A DNA stretch of 62,224 nucleotides, filler included, from Choristocarpus tenellus KU-1152 (lineage: Eukaryota; Protista; Phaeophyceae), in NCBI GenBank assembly GCA_964200185.2. It is 14 parts of 14 records of this genome, joined end to end, with 100 filler letters (N's around TTAATTAATTAA, not from the genome) between each part and the next. Parts side by side here need not be neighbours in the genome. Positions count along the whole stretch, not along the records: positions 10,086 to 14,816 come from CAXNAD020013300.1; positions 14,917 to 18,194 come from CAXNAD020021084.1; positions 18,295 to 21,255 come from CAXNAD020023338.1; positions 21,356 to 25,015 come from CAXNAD020018666.1; positions 25,116 to 30,166 come from CAXNAD020012040.1; 9 more parts are not named here. The stretch is one strand, 5' to 3'. Position 1 is the stretch's first letter. Every line of letters starts with the position of its first letter. This document shows positions 12,305 through 25,199 of this stretch, in pieces. The position numbers were made by a program, and so were the translations under genes. Under the pieces are notes generated by a model. It did no database searches. It saw only the letters and a program-made list of their open reading frames with translations, and had not been told where the DNA came from.

Positions 12305-12878
12305 AAACATTTAAAAAACACTTCTCAATCTTTTCAACTAAGTTTCCAATCAATTCACCAAGCCTGCGATAGATACATTGTCTTCTTGAAAGCCGGTAAT
12401 TATCCCTTGAACACTACTACGTACCTCTCCCCTGCTTCTCAGTACTCTATGCACCATCTCATGCGTTGTCCAAGTGTCGACAAACTAGAGCCAATCTCGT
12501 CCTCCTTCGAATCTTGGAGGATCATATACCAAAGTCCACGCACGATGCTCCTAAACACAACACCAACCCAAAACCACTGGAAATATATCTTGAAATACAT
12601 CCAGAGAAACGTACACGACAACAGACCTTGACCAATAACCATTCGTATACACATCCAGAATCCGTCCACACATTACATGAAAGATAGAGTACACTAACCC
12701 GGAAAAAAAACTGACCCATTTTTCTTTATTCATACTAACAACTTCAACCCTAACGCCCTGAGCGACAACCACATTTGTCTATATACTAAATTCGACACAT
12801 ACAAGCAAGTAAACGAAGAGTTCTTTTGTTGAGATTTCGTAGAGAGCAGATAGTTTTTTGGACCAGATCCACCACGTT

Positions 12879-12881
<3 letters not shown>

Positions 12882-12932
<51 letters not shown>
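12882..12932. repeat. (CA)n microsatellite
   Basis: About 25 CA units directly abutting the LINE 3' tail. Confidence 0.95.
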
Positions 12933-12935
<3 letters not shown>

Positions 12936-14150
12936 TATTATGCCCTCTGACATTTTACAGACGTGCCAAAGGAAAAACTAATGAAAACTAGTAACATATC
13001 TGAAAAAATCCCTAAGGAAGTAACAGTTGTCACAAAAGTGAAAAATGTGAATCTATTTCCTGTTTTACCACCACATATCTATGTTGCGCTACTGCCTTCC
13101 TGTGTCCCAAACCTATTCCTGCACCCCAGGGTGAGGAGCTAGGGAAACATCTCACGAATCTAATAAACCCCTCCTCCTTGGCCATCTCCCTCGTGACTCC
13201 AGCTTAAAACGCATGACACGTCCAGATAGGGCTAGTTGCGTTATGACTGAGACTACCTGGCGTAGGCGGGATTTGACGGCACGTTTTCTGCTGTAGCCTC
13301 CCATTCCTCTCCCCCTACCGCGTGTGTAGCTAGCTCGTCCAGAAGACTTTCCACTTGCTTGCCAAGGTGCCCAAAACTTTCCACCGCGAAGGTGTTGAGG
13401 TTGTAACTACAAGGGACAAAAGAGCCCTTGTTGTGGGTGTGCTTTCGCGCCTCAGCTGCAGCAGAAGCTGCACCATTGCTGGTGGATGAGTGTGGGAGGT
13501 GGGAGGTTGCCTGTACTTCCGTGAACGTAACATCAAAGAGAAGGCCATAGATACCAATTCCTTCATAGTGGTAGTTACGATCAGTCAATGCATCAAGTTA
13601 TTCAGAGACAGCTATTCACAGCATGGGGAGAAGGAGAAGATATAGTCCCCTTTCCGCCCCCGTGTACAATATGATCGAATGATAGTGTGGGGACTGGAGA
13701 GGGCCTTTGCTTAGATCTCGACACCAGGAAAGCATTGTCTCCCCATATGTCCCTAGCCCTCTCATGGAGTTTAGACTCACTGCCAGCAGATCTGTAGGGA
13801 GGGAGGAGGCCTTTCCAACAGGTTACTTGGGTGCAGGAGGTATAATATCGACACTTGACATGCTCGTACCTGCCCTTGGGCAGGGGGACACAGATACGCC
13901 AGTACACGCCAATGGTTAAGTGCCAAGATCAACTCTGCAAGGGAATGGGTATCCCTTGTGCAACGGAGGATGGCAGCCCGTTCACAGTGCAACGGATGTG
14001 GTCTTCCATACTGGGTCACTTGCAGACGCTGGATTAGCTCCCTACTGGGACAAATACCTCCTCCTGGATGTTGCATTTGCAGAAGTAGTGTAAGCAGCGT
14101 CCCATCTCCCACACTCATCCATCAGCAATGGTGTAACTGCTGCTTCAGCT
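12933..14150 (-). mobile_element. 5'-truncated non-LTR retrotransposon with C-terminal restriction-like endonuclease (CRE/R2-type)
   Basis: Translates to LLFDVTFTEVQ...AAEARKH...TFAVESFGHLGKQVESLLDELATH, an RLE-type C-terminus. The 3' UTR ends GTCAGAGGGCATAATAATA. Frameshifted. Confidence 0.75.
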
Positions 14151-14339
14151 GAGGAACAAATGCGCACCCACTACGTAGTTTTAATCTCAACAACTCTGCC
14201 GTGGGAAGTTTTGGGTGCCTCAGTAAGTAAATAGAAAAGTTTTGTGGATGAGTTGGCTACACTTGTAGTGGGGGGGAGAGGGGCAGGAGGGTATAACAGG
14301 AAAGAGGCTGTCAAATTCCGCTTACTACGAATAGTGTAA

Positions 14340-14713
14340 GTCACCATACAAGTGACTCTTTCGACATGTGTCATGCGTTTTAAGCTGGAGATACCAAGCA
14401 AATGGGCAAGAACGAGCCTGTCAGATTCTTGGGATGCTTCCCTTCCTCCTCGCCGACCTGTGTAGGTAAGAGGCATATAGCGGCAGTTTACACATAACAT
14501 TGAAATTGCCGAACTTGAAGGGAGTGTTGTACCGTACGGTGGTATTCAAATATTTTTTTGCGAGATATTTTTCACATTTTTGACAGCTGTAGTGTTGATT
14601 TTACAGGGCTCCTTGTCATATTTGTTTGGTTTTTCCCAAACACGTCTGGAAAACGTCACACCAAATAATAATACATGTTGTGTTGAGGACATTTTGTCAG
14701 AGGGCATAATAAT
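14340..14713 (+). mobile_element. Short 3' fragment of the same RLE-type LINE family
   Basis: gtgtcatgcgttttaagctggag... matches 13200-13225 in reverse, and the fragment ends gtcagagggcataataata. Confidence 0.7.
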
Positions 14714-14916
14714 ATTTGATATACACATATATATAGTCAATTGGTTTTCCCCTGACATATATATATATTTTATATTATATTATTATGCTCTCTGACATTT
14801 TGCAGATGTGTCAGGGNNNNNNNNNNNNNNNNNNNNNNNNNNNNNNNNNNNNNNNNNNNNTTAATTAATTAANNNNNNNNNNNNNNNNNNNNNNNNNNNN
14901 NNNNNNNNNNNNNNNN

Positions 14917-17900
14917 GGGTCCATAGCAAGGTCTCCGCCTATCCCACTCCATTCTGTGCTGTGCATGTATCGCTTTACGCTAACCTTCACCCGCCCATCA
15001 CCGCCTTTTTCAACGCGAAACGCCCTGTAGCTCGTGATGTTGGGGACACGGTTGACGCGACCGCAAAGGAGTCCCTTGAAATTGCCCTCGTTCCGCAGGG
15101 TCAAAGAGTATACAGGAACCTCCGTGTAGGAGACCTGCAGCTCTTCACCCAGCTGTGTTCTTGTGAATATATTTTTGCCTTTTATTCCACGTGAAAACCT
15201 GAAGGTGAAATGCAAGCAAGTTAATTTCGAGGTGGGGGCGAAAGAAGCGAAGTGGATAAGCAGGATATATATGCAGGCACATGCTCTGATGCATGTATAT
15301 GGAAAAATCAATATAAAATTGGGTGATGCGTATATATTTTTTCATTGTTTTGTTTCTAGAGTATGTTACGAAACAGTTTTGGCAGCTGCTCTTATCGTTC
15401 AATTTTGTTGTGGGGAAATCAAACACCAATCAATCAATTACAGCGTACGGCCATAAACCTTCCAGGAATGCATCAAGCGTGAGCTGCAAGCCTCGAGGCT
15501 CTATCTGTCGATATAAAAACACTATGTGGCTATCGAACTTGCATATCTTGCCTAATTACCTGGAGAAGATCTGATCGATTTTGATGTGCGTGTGCCCCAC
15601 CATCATAAAATGTATCTCGACAACACGAATGACACTTGCCGCAACCAACAGCCTCGTGTGTCCGAGAAAGAAATTGTTCTTGTTCTCTGAGACGCGGTTG
15701 TCAACCTGGCCAGTTTGGGGAGTTGGGAGCGAGGGAGGGATAGGAGTGAGACCAATATGTCAGCCCATTTCGCCGCGTTTCGTGGAGGAAAAGGGTAGGT
15801 TTCCAGTATTGCTAGATCGCAATCTCTACATCACCGCCATAATACATGCAGGTTGCAACACACAAACCAAAGATAAAGACCGTGCAATTAGTACTTGGTG
15901 ACTGGTATTCAGTGAGTATGTGTTGAGTAGGTTGTGTCAAGATGAAACCTTCTTACCTGCCAATGCGCGTGCTGGATGATACAATTCCCCGAGTCATCAA
16001 GGCTGTTGCGATACTTGTCGATAAGCCTTGTGAGGGCAAGGTGGGTGACTGTGCAGAAAAGGTTACAACCTGCGCGAATAATGATGTTCAACAACTGTTG
16101 GTAAGACGTACTCTGCTCATTTACGCATTGTTTATTTGGAGCTAAAAAGAGGGGTAATGTAATTTGTTTATGCAATGTAGAGGACTGATGTACATGTCTG
16201 CGATCTCCACTACCCGTTGATTAGCTCTTACGCTACTCTACAGCACATACCTCCTCCAAGATTGATAGGAGTATATAGCGCGAACTGGCCTTCGACGTGT
16301 GCGGCCATGATCTTCTGGCGCTCGGAGTAGCCCCTGATAAGGGGGACATGAACGAAAGGAACTTGTAAGAGAAAGGTCATCATGATGAACGGAATAGGTA
16401 GTGGAATTATGTGCGTTTGTTTTGGCGGTTATTTCTTGAGACTTTGCACTCATCCGTAGGATAAAACATGGTCGTCTGTTCTGTACCGCGTGCGGCTGCA
16501 AAGTTCTTGTCAGATGGACTGTGCGTGCGTGTGGTTACCTGTCACCGCCGTGGGTGGGTGGGTAAAGTGCTGGGAGGGCGTGTGCTGTCTGTTTCGCGCC
16601 GTCTACGGACATGAACACGAAGCCGAGAGGTTTGCCGTCGGCTTTGGCCCGTATGGCGTTGCTGGTGCTGTTGGAGATGACCAGCCGATCCGCTTTGATA
16701 ATCTGGCGAATGGGGGACAGCAACATCACGTGAATTAATCAAATAAATCTGCACAGATTAAAAAAAAAAAATGCCGCTTGTTAACACGTATCAGGTTGGT
16801 TAGTAACAAAAATGTAGTCTGGGTAACAATAGATGTTAGTATTGGGAAATGTTTTTTATTGCTGCGTTCAAAACAAACACCAAGTTGTCGGGATGGTGGG
16901 AAGTACACACGTACCGGGCCGGAAGACTGCTACATGACCTGTCCCTCCCACAGCCCGTTGTACACTACCAGGAAGCAGTCTGTCTTACAAGGTGTTTGGG
17001 CAGCTAATAGCAGCAAGTTTTGCGGTGAGTAAGGCTACTGCTGCTGCCATAAACACCTACGTGGGAGTCTTCATTCGCAAAAGGACACGGGTTTACTTAG
17101 GGTTAGGAGGACAATGGCGGTGATATGTTGTCACTGTACCCTTGTTGCAAAATTAACGCTGGACACCTACCTGTCGATGGTCTGACAGCTCCTTATCGAT
17201 GGACTCGAGGGCGGTGGAGTCATTCGTGGGTTTTACACCAGGCACACCGTGCCGCTTCTCTTTTAACGTGACACATATGTCACATTTCATAAACTCGCCT
17301 CCTACCCTCACCCGGATGTTGGATCTGTCCTCTATGAGCGATCGGAGGAAGTACTCCTTGCTTACCCGCTTGGAAGGGTCGTCAGGATACACCCGTATTG
17401 CCTCTTTGTAAAAATCCTTGTATAAGCTCCTAATTAAAAATGTTGGTTGTGTGGGCAAGTGAGGAGTTATTGAGAAGGAACACTCGAAGAACACCCCTGC
17501 AACATCTCTCGAAGGCAGACTGACCAATAACTTTAATGAGAACGCGGAAGACAGGATCAAGCAAGCTTACATCATGCGTTACGAAAGAGAAAATACAATG
17601 ATCTGATTAAATCTGCCATGGGCGTCGTTCGGTTCGGGCCTCGCTGCCGTTTGCAGAGGGGACAAAGGGGGCGAATCTACCATCATCATCATCATCGCGA
17701 AGCGCTTTGGACATACGAAGTACACACTTTTCCTACCAATTTCAGACTGGTCCGGGGCCGCAGAGTATGTGTGCTCGGCGTTGAAATAACCTTTATTGTG
17801 TCTTCCTTCGTAAAATCGATAACGAGTATAATAATGAATATTGATATATCGATATAGCAAACGAAAAAGATAGCACTTTGTATGAATCTTGACATGTTCT

Positions 17901-18194
17901 TTTAACGATAATATCAAACCGGTCAAGGTAATGAACGTCCACCACTCGATATACTACTTAGATCCACCTTTTCTACGTACTGGCGGGGCACACGGTTTGC
18001 ATCTAACTCCAACACAGGGTGCAGCCAACCTCTCCACAACCAAGGGCAAAACCGACCTGTTTGTTCGTGGCGTACATTACAATTGTTGACTTGTGAGGCA
18101 TGAACTGCCCGTATGTATCAGCCCAGTAGTCTATCCAGGACATCACCAGGTCTCGCTTCGGACCCATGTCCTTATCTTTGTTCGTGCCCTTCCT
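14917..18194 (-). mobile_element. Intron-rich Sola1/DUF7869-like DDD transposase gene (both ends truncated by contig edges)
   Basis: Exons 18057-18194, 17171-17429, 16539-16702, 16251-16333, 15957-16069, 15560-15705 and 14917-15198, all GT-AG. The last six join in frame without stops. Motifs W..YWADTYGQFMP, KCDIC, FMSVDGAKQ, WQVDNRVSENKN and FMMVGHTHIKIDQIFSR match the DN..xNKN / GHTH..ID..FS signature of Sola1/DUF7869 transposases. Confidence 0.82.
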
Positions 18195-18294
18195 NNNNNN
18201 NNNNNNNNNNNNNNNNNNNNNNNNNNNNNNNNNNNNNNTTAATTAATTAANNNNNNNNNNNNNNNNNNNNNNNNNNNNNNNNNNNNNNNNNNNN

Positions 18295-18930
18295 TGCCCC
18301 ATCATCGCCATCTGGCCAACCCAGTCCAGCATCATAGTGAAGGTGATTTGGGGATCTGATCCCCTAGGCATCTTGACCGTCATGACCTTCCTTTGGAGTC
18401 TGGCTATTTCCTCATCTGATTGAATAAGAAAATTTTCTTGAAGTTGTTTCCAGGCTCCTGAAGGTGAGGCAGCATTCCGGACTATACACCGGTAAATTCC
18501 GCTGGTGCTCCTCAGCAGGACGTCATATGCCTTCTTGGCCTTGGTGACTTCGTCTTCACTGATATCTTCGCCCTTAATGAATTCGATGTCTCCAACTCTG
18601 ATGGGTATCCTCCTATATTCCAATGCCTCATCAATGTCCGACTTAGCCTCAAAAAATGCGCGCGCTGTACAGCGAATCAGTCCGCATAATTGTTGTCCGA
18701 GAGCTGGAGGAGTTTGGTGTTGGTCCCATCAGAAGCCATGAGTGGTGCTATGCCAATTCAAAACAAACCAGTCTGACTGCGCCTCCCCTGGCCAGATTTT
18801 GGATTAAGTGCTTAAGCGTGTGGAGAAGCTTGGCGCACATGAGGCTCGTCGCCGGAAGCTAGCAGTTGAATACGTACTCTGTATCATACCTAACCAAATA
18901 TAAACGTACGTATAACCTATGTTGTATACT
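18295..18930 (-). mobile_element. Ty1/copia 5' end: LTR edge/PBS and gag
   Basis: ...CAACA-TAGGTTAT (copia-type GGTTAT PBS, ~18912-18925), then ATG at 18739 and gag-like NNYAD*...AYDVLLRST...SPSGAWKQLQENF...IARLQRKVMTVKM (UBN2-type). One early stop/frameshift. Confidence 0.72.
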
Positions 18931-21449
18931 TGTGTCAGCACAAACAACGTAAGGATAACACTAGGTTATTCGACATTCTGTTGGTCTCTGAGGGTATGGT
19001 TGCCCTCCCTGGAACTGCTTCTGAATATCCTGTACCGACTCTTCTGCGCATCTGGATTCTCCTCTTGGTCTAGACTTCTGGCCCACTTGCTTCCCAGTAC
19101 CCCTCCAACGTAGACCCTCTCTCTCACTCGTCACTTCTAAACCTTTGATTACTCCCATCCTATCTTCTGGCTCGAAATGCAACTCCAAACAACTATATCT
19201 TCAACTGTCTTAACCTTTCTCACTGCAGCAACCTTTCCCTAACCCATTGGAAAAACAGTACCACACACATCAGGCCACTTTGGTGAGGGCATGCCACATC
19301 CAGACGGAGGGTTTTTTCCCTGGGAATATAATCTAAGGTAACTATACTTGTAGTAGGGGGGATGAAACCCACGCCATCTCCTCTAATTTTCAAGGAAGAC
19401 CAAGTGGACTCCGATAATCCTTCACTCACCTCTTTTCGATGGAGGGCCAACCCCTTGGAGAACATGGGATTGGAATGGTATGTGTGAGATGGTGTTCCGA
19501 ATTTACCTGGATCGTCACTTACTGCTCCCATCAATCCAGTGGAAGTTGGCAGAGGATCTACTCTTGGCAGTGGCACCGATGGCAACACCAGTGGGAGTGA
19601 AATGCGATAGGTGGCGGACAATCCTCAAGAGAAACCCTCCCTTCCCTCCTGTCATTTTGAGAGATTTGCTGATGCCGCGAAAATGATGGATGTCGTGGTG
19701 TAGGGATATGTGGGGATGGGATACCGATTGTCAAGCCCATCTGGTGCGCGTATAACGGACTCCATCCTTCACCTCCCTTCGAACCACCGAAATGAATAGG
19801 CGTGGACTTTGTTTTGGCCCCACGTGTTTGTTCGTGCCATATCCCCCCACCATGGAATCTGTTCAATGTATTCTTCTTGGGAGCGACTCTTTGGGAGGAC
19901 TAAGATTCCTTGTCTGGAACCGTAGTCTCCCTCGCATCGAAATCACCACCTCCATCCTCACCCAGTTGTCTCGGTCTCTTAAATCTAGGAATGGGACCTT
20001 GATGGTATTGTTCAGGATCGATTGGAGATTTCTTCTTCCGTTTGTCGTCCTCTGATCGCCGTTTTTGTCTCCGTCTGGGTCAATTTTCGATGAGGAAACA
20101 GAGCTTGAGACCAAAGTATGCATTAGCTTTCTTGTTCTACGTCCATTGTGTTTTCTCTTGGAGTCCTGCAATGGGAATCGCCAAATGGGCAATGACCAGT
20201 TACCTTCGCATAGAGTTCCACATGTTACAATCACCAACCAGTCAAGAGATCAGATTGGAACGCAACATCCTCAATTCGTCCTTTCCGTTGGTGTTTGAAT
20301 TGCTCGTTTCCCATCGCGACAGGGTCAAAGGGTGTGTGAGAAAAGACCTAACGACTAACACTACAATGGTGAGGGGAAAATGAGCGAATTACGAAGAGGA
20401 TTAAGACGAAAATAACGAAAGTATGTGCATGTATTTGGTATGGAGATGGGAGGGGGTATGACTAGCGACCAGTGACTGGCACTACGTTTAAAAAACGAAG
20501 GACAAGGTGTGAAGATAAACATTTAAGCACCTCCTCATAAAGGTAACCACCAAGAAAGGGGTTCAAATATTTACACATTGTGGTAATTGATAAACACAAA
20601 TTCCAAACCCAGGAGGGAGTGGGTGCAGTCCCAAACTAACAACCGCATAAATCTTTGCATTCTAGTAGTTATGTGACCAACAAAGCGTCCCTAACAACGA
20701 CATAGAACAGGTTGCAGGGGTGCATCCCTTCACATCAACAACATGATTGGTTTTCATTCAAAATACAAATATATTATTTATGTTGTAGAATCTGATAAAA
20801 AAAAATTGTGTTTTTGGGGTTTATGTGTTGGAAGTCGCCACCTGCATCAACTTTGTTGTGTTACAACTTTTGATCAACAACAATTTTTTTCATGAAAATT
20901 TGTTTGTATAATCGCATCAGCATCCTTAACGTTATTAAGGTATTCACAACCATACTTAAATCAAGTAGTCCGCGCGCGCCGTTCGCGCGGTTAATGCCAC
21001 GCGGCGCGCGCGAACCTCGCATTTAAGATTGATTTTGACGCCAGAAGAGGTCATCTTCACACGGAGAACATGGGCGCTGTTGTCTCTCCATTCTCTTTCC
21101 ATTATTTCCCGTTTATGCGATGTTGTCACCTGCTGGCTAAGGCTCACTCCTCTGAACCAGACAATCCATGCCAAGTCAAATGAGGCATTCTGAAGGTGCA
21201 GGCCTCCTGTGAGACTTAAATGTCTTGTAACCCTGTGCAATTTGGTGCATTCCATNNNNNNNNNNNNNNNNNNNNNNNNNNNNNNNNNNNNNNNNNNNNT
21301 TAATTAATTAANNNNNNNNNNNNNNNNNNNNNNNNNNNNNNNNNNNNNNNNNNNNTTTTTTATTTTTTTTTTTTTGGTGTTTTTTTTGGGAAGATCCCTT
21401 TTTTTGGAAAACCAATGGTTTTTCTTTTTATGTCCCCCCCCCCCCCCCC

Positions 21450-22760
21450 CCCCCTTTTGCAATCATGCTCACCCTTGTGCTACCCCCTCGCACACGGGAC
21501 CTGCTGGTGACAAGGGAGAGGCATGGAAGGCATCGGGTGTGCTGAGATAATGGAATGGGGTTGGTGGACTCTGTGACCCCTGGGCAGAAGGGGCAGTGCA
21601 GGTTTGAGGACTTGATGCCTTGTTTGTAATATGGTACAATATGTGCAAGGTTGTGGTGAACTTTGGTGGGCACATCAGTGTGTCAATTTGGGGGTGTATC
21701 TTCTTGTGCCAGGGAAGGTTCCCTACCCGAGTTTCTATCCTGCAACTCTAGGTTGTGTGAAGGAATGCTCCAATTGTGGTAGGTACACTTGTGACTCCTT
21801 AGATGTGAGGCGGCATGTTTAGAAGGGCACAGGTGGAGACCGTAACGTGTGCTGTATGTTTGCGATCTTGATTATGTATGCATACTGCCTGACTCTATCA
21901 GCATCGATAGTTGATGATGAGACTCGACTATAATCGTATCCGCCACATGTCTTGTTGGTGACCTGATGCAGCAGACCTATCATGTTTTGTTCATGTTGTC
22001 AACATCAAAAATCATCCAATAGCTTGCTGAAGGGTAGGATAAGGTCTCTGTTACATTGCATGGGTTGAAATGAAAATGTTTTTACCAGATCCATCGCTCA
22101 TGGTACATTGCCTGATAGTGACTTCCCAGGTGATGCAGGACAGTGTTGTTTTGTGCCGAGGGTTATCTCAGGTATATCATTAAGAGTGCCTCATAGTGCA
22201 ACATTCCTCTGGCACAACAGTTCCTCACCACCATAATACCGTTAATTATGTTGAGGCTACAACCACATCTTTGGGCCTTCTTGCCAATCGATCGAACAGC
22301 TGGTGTACCAGCTCACCAGCTCTGCATGTTGTGTAATAATTTTGTGTGGCGGACTGGACAAACAAAGTGGAGGAGAGTGATGTGATTTTTCATGGACATT
22401 GTGATGGATATTTGATATTATACGCCAAGAAAGAGCTGCAAAGTACTTTGCATTTCCAGGTTGCTATGGCACCGAACATGTTTTGCATCAGTTTTCGTTT
22501 TGAATGGGGGTGACTGTAGGAAACAACTCCAGCAACACTGAGCATCAATATTAATTTAGTTTTAATCAGGTATAAAAGTACTACGTTTTTTTTTAACCTA
22601 ATGGTAGCATGGAATGTTGGAGAAAATGTGTTACCAAGGAGAGTGTTCCGGGCACTACAGAGTGTTCGACAAATTTTCATTGTCAGTGTTCCGGGGTTAA
22701 GATAGTGGTGACCCTTCAGCAAGTTATACCTTGATGCCATCGGTCATTGTGTAATGTTAC
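21450..22760 (-). mobile_element. Decayed RTE-clade LINE (AP endonuclease end to RT start)
   Basis: LLGNTFSPTFHAT..LLYLI (cf. APE NTFF...DYIL) and CPPKFTTTLHILYH (cf. RTE GCPPKFI..I..LH). Confidence 0.55.
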
Positions 22761-22999
22761 AATAATAATCTTACACTTTTTGTAAAGGAAGGCATCTTAC
22801 GGTATGGGATATCACAAAGGAGACTGGAGTGTAGTTCTAAGATTGAGGGATGTCTATCTATATGAGTGGGATTCACAACAACAGGAAACGATACATCTGG
22901 ATTTGCCATCCATCACACATGGAAGTTGTCACCATAAGAACAACTGAGACACCAGACAGAGCATGGCTGAATAAGGCACTGTGAGACTCTAGCATATGT

Positions 23000-24290
23000 G
23001 TGATGTTTACTGTTTTCATTGTAATGTCTTGAAATGTTGGATGTTACGGTGGCATGACAATGGGGTGGTATTCTAGTACTCTAGAGATTGTTAAGCTACA
23101 ATGTTATGCTCCCCATCGTGACACAGCACTATTAGAATACATTTTGTGTTGCAACCTAATTTGGGTTGTAATAAGACGGACGTACAGGTATGCTTTGGAC
23201 CAGAGTGTTGTGAGGATTACACAGTATTGCGTATGATGTGGTCTGTAGTGTCACAGGCGCTGCTCAGTGCAGTGAGTGTTTGGACTGGAGTGGTATGGGC
23301 TCAACATAGTGTGGCACATGCTTTTGTCGTCATCAGTGTAATGTGTGTGACATGATGTAAAACCTTTGTAACAGTCTTTCTTGGGTTTATGGAAGAATCA
23401 CTTCAGACTTCCTCACTTTGCATGGTCTATCCCGCCTTACATATTGGATGCACGATCCGATCTGATTTATATATCCAGTACGGTGGAGTTTTCCAACTTG
23501 GCTTGAAATCGATATTCACAAGAAAAAAATCGATTCTCTGTGATATTTACTACTGGAAGAGTCTTCCATGTAGGACTGGATTGAGTTCTGTGAGAACATC
23601 AAAGCAGAACACCTGGGGTCCAAAACCAATGTTTCTTTATTGAAAACATGAACTAGGTGAATTATAAGTTTCTCTCACATAAAATGTTCAATACGCAGTG
23701 TGAAATATCTACTCAAATGAGACCTTGAGCAGTTTCCTTGTAAGTTCATCCCCTCGCCAGGGGGCGCAGCTCCCATGACCAAGATCTCAAAAACTCACAA
23801 GCAGTTGCACTGGCTCTGTAAGCTTTGCACTACCACCCTGTACATAGTTTGGTGAAGAGATATCACAGGGTTATTCTCAATGAGAAAGAAACACCGCCTT
23901 TTATCATATTGTCGCAAAATTGTTCCAAATATTGTGAGCGCTGACATATCATCCATACTATAACAAACGGAAATATGCGACACCTCATGAGATGTTCCGG
24001 TAAAGAGGTCAACCTTTCACTTGCTGACAACAACTAACTTGTACAAAATTCTCTTGTTGATAGATAATAGGTCAATGGCAACTTTGTCCAATGACCTGGA
24101 ACTATCTGTGCTTGTGGTTCTACCATGGAAAAATACGTTCCTCAGACCTGTCCACTGTGTCCTCTCTTCACGCTCCACGCTGTCTACTGCTTGCGTCAGT
24201 CAAACTTGGCTGCCTTCAGTTTGGCTGAGACGATGTCAAGCCTCTTGCCCAAAGCCCCTGACCTCTTTGCCTGCAAGCAGTGAGAAGTAG
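23000..24290 (+). mobile_element. Decayed Ty1/copia RT-RNase H relic
   Basis: CTIRSDL (cf. CTRPDI), TTGRVFHVG...KQ (cf. STSG.VF..G..ISW.SKKQ) and LIDNRSMATLSND (cf. DNQSAIAL..N). Confidence 0.55.
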
Positions 24291-25199
24291 GTGATGGAGG
24301 AATATACACCCTGGATCAAGTGAGATGAGCTTTGGAAAGTAGGGTGTGAGAGGTGAAAGGAGACAAAAAAAAAAGTGTTTTGAATGGATCATAACGCACA
24401 TATATCTCAATTTACTTCACCACACCGTCTTGCATACAATGTGTCATACTCGTAAATTACCCCTATCTACGACAAAAATATCGTGGAAATAGTAAACAAT
24501 AGGTTAATTAGAGGTGCAAATTTGAGAGCAGATGGAAATAACAAAACAGTTAAGATCGATCTACAGGGGAAGAAATTAAGCATAGCACAAACGGTATTGT
24601 TCAGACGAAAAATCGAAGTCCTCGGTTTCGCTCGTATTCTAGAGGATAGACAATATCGGATAGTACACCTTCAAAAACATATGACTAAAGGGCGGAAAAT
24701 GCACATAGGCACTCGCTGTTAGCATGAACACATTGTGCCTTTCAGGGCAATACCTATTCAGTTGGTTACTTGTGTAACCTATTTCACAACCCTTAGTTTA
24801 GATCCATACCTTACCGTTTGCTAATTCGAGGTGGGGGTCCTATTGAGACCATGTAAACAAAGGGGAAGAAATTAGATAGGAGAAAATGAAAGAAGGGGGA
24901 TAGCAATGGAGGAAAAAAAAGCAAGGAAGGGGATCAGGGCTATTAGAAACAGGTGGGAGTGTAGGTTGACGTCGCCTCTGGTATGAAGATTGGCCGCTAC
25001 GTACATATGTACCGCNNNNNNNNNNNNNNNNNNNNNNNNNNNNNNNNNNNNNNNNNNNNTTAATTAATTAANNNNNNNNNNNNNNNNNNNNNNNNNNNNN
25101 NNNNNNNNNNNNNNNTTCTGACCCGGTTTTAAATAAAAAAACCACCGAAACTTCACTGGGAGAGGGGGGGGGGGGACTGCTCTCCTCCCCCCCCCCCCC

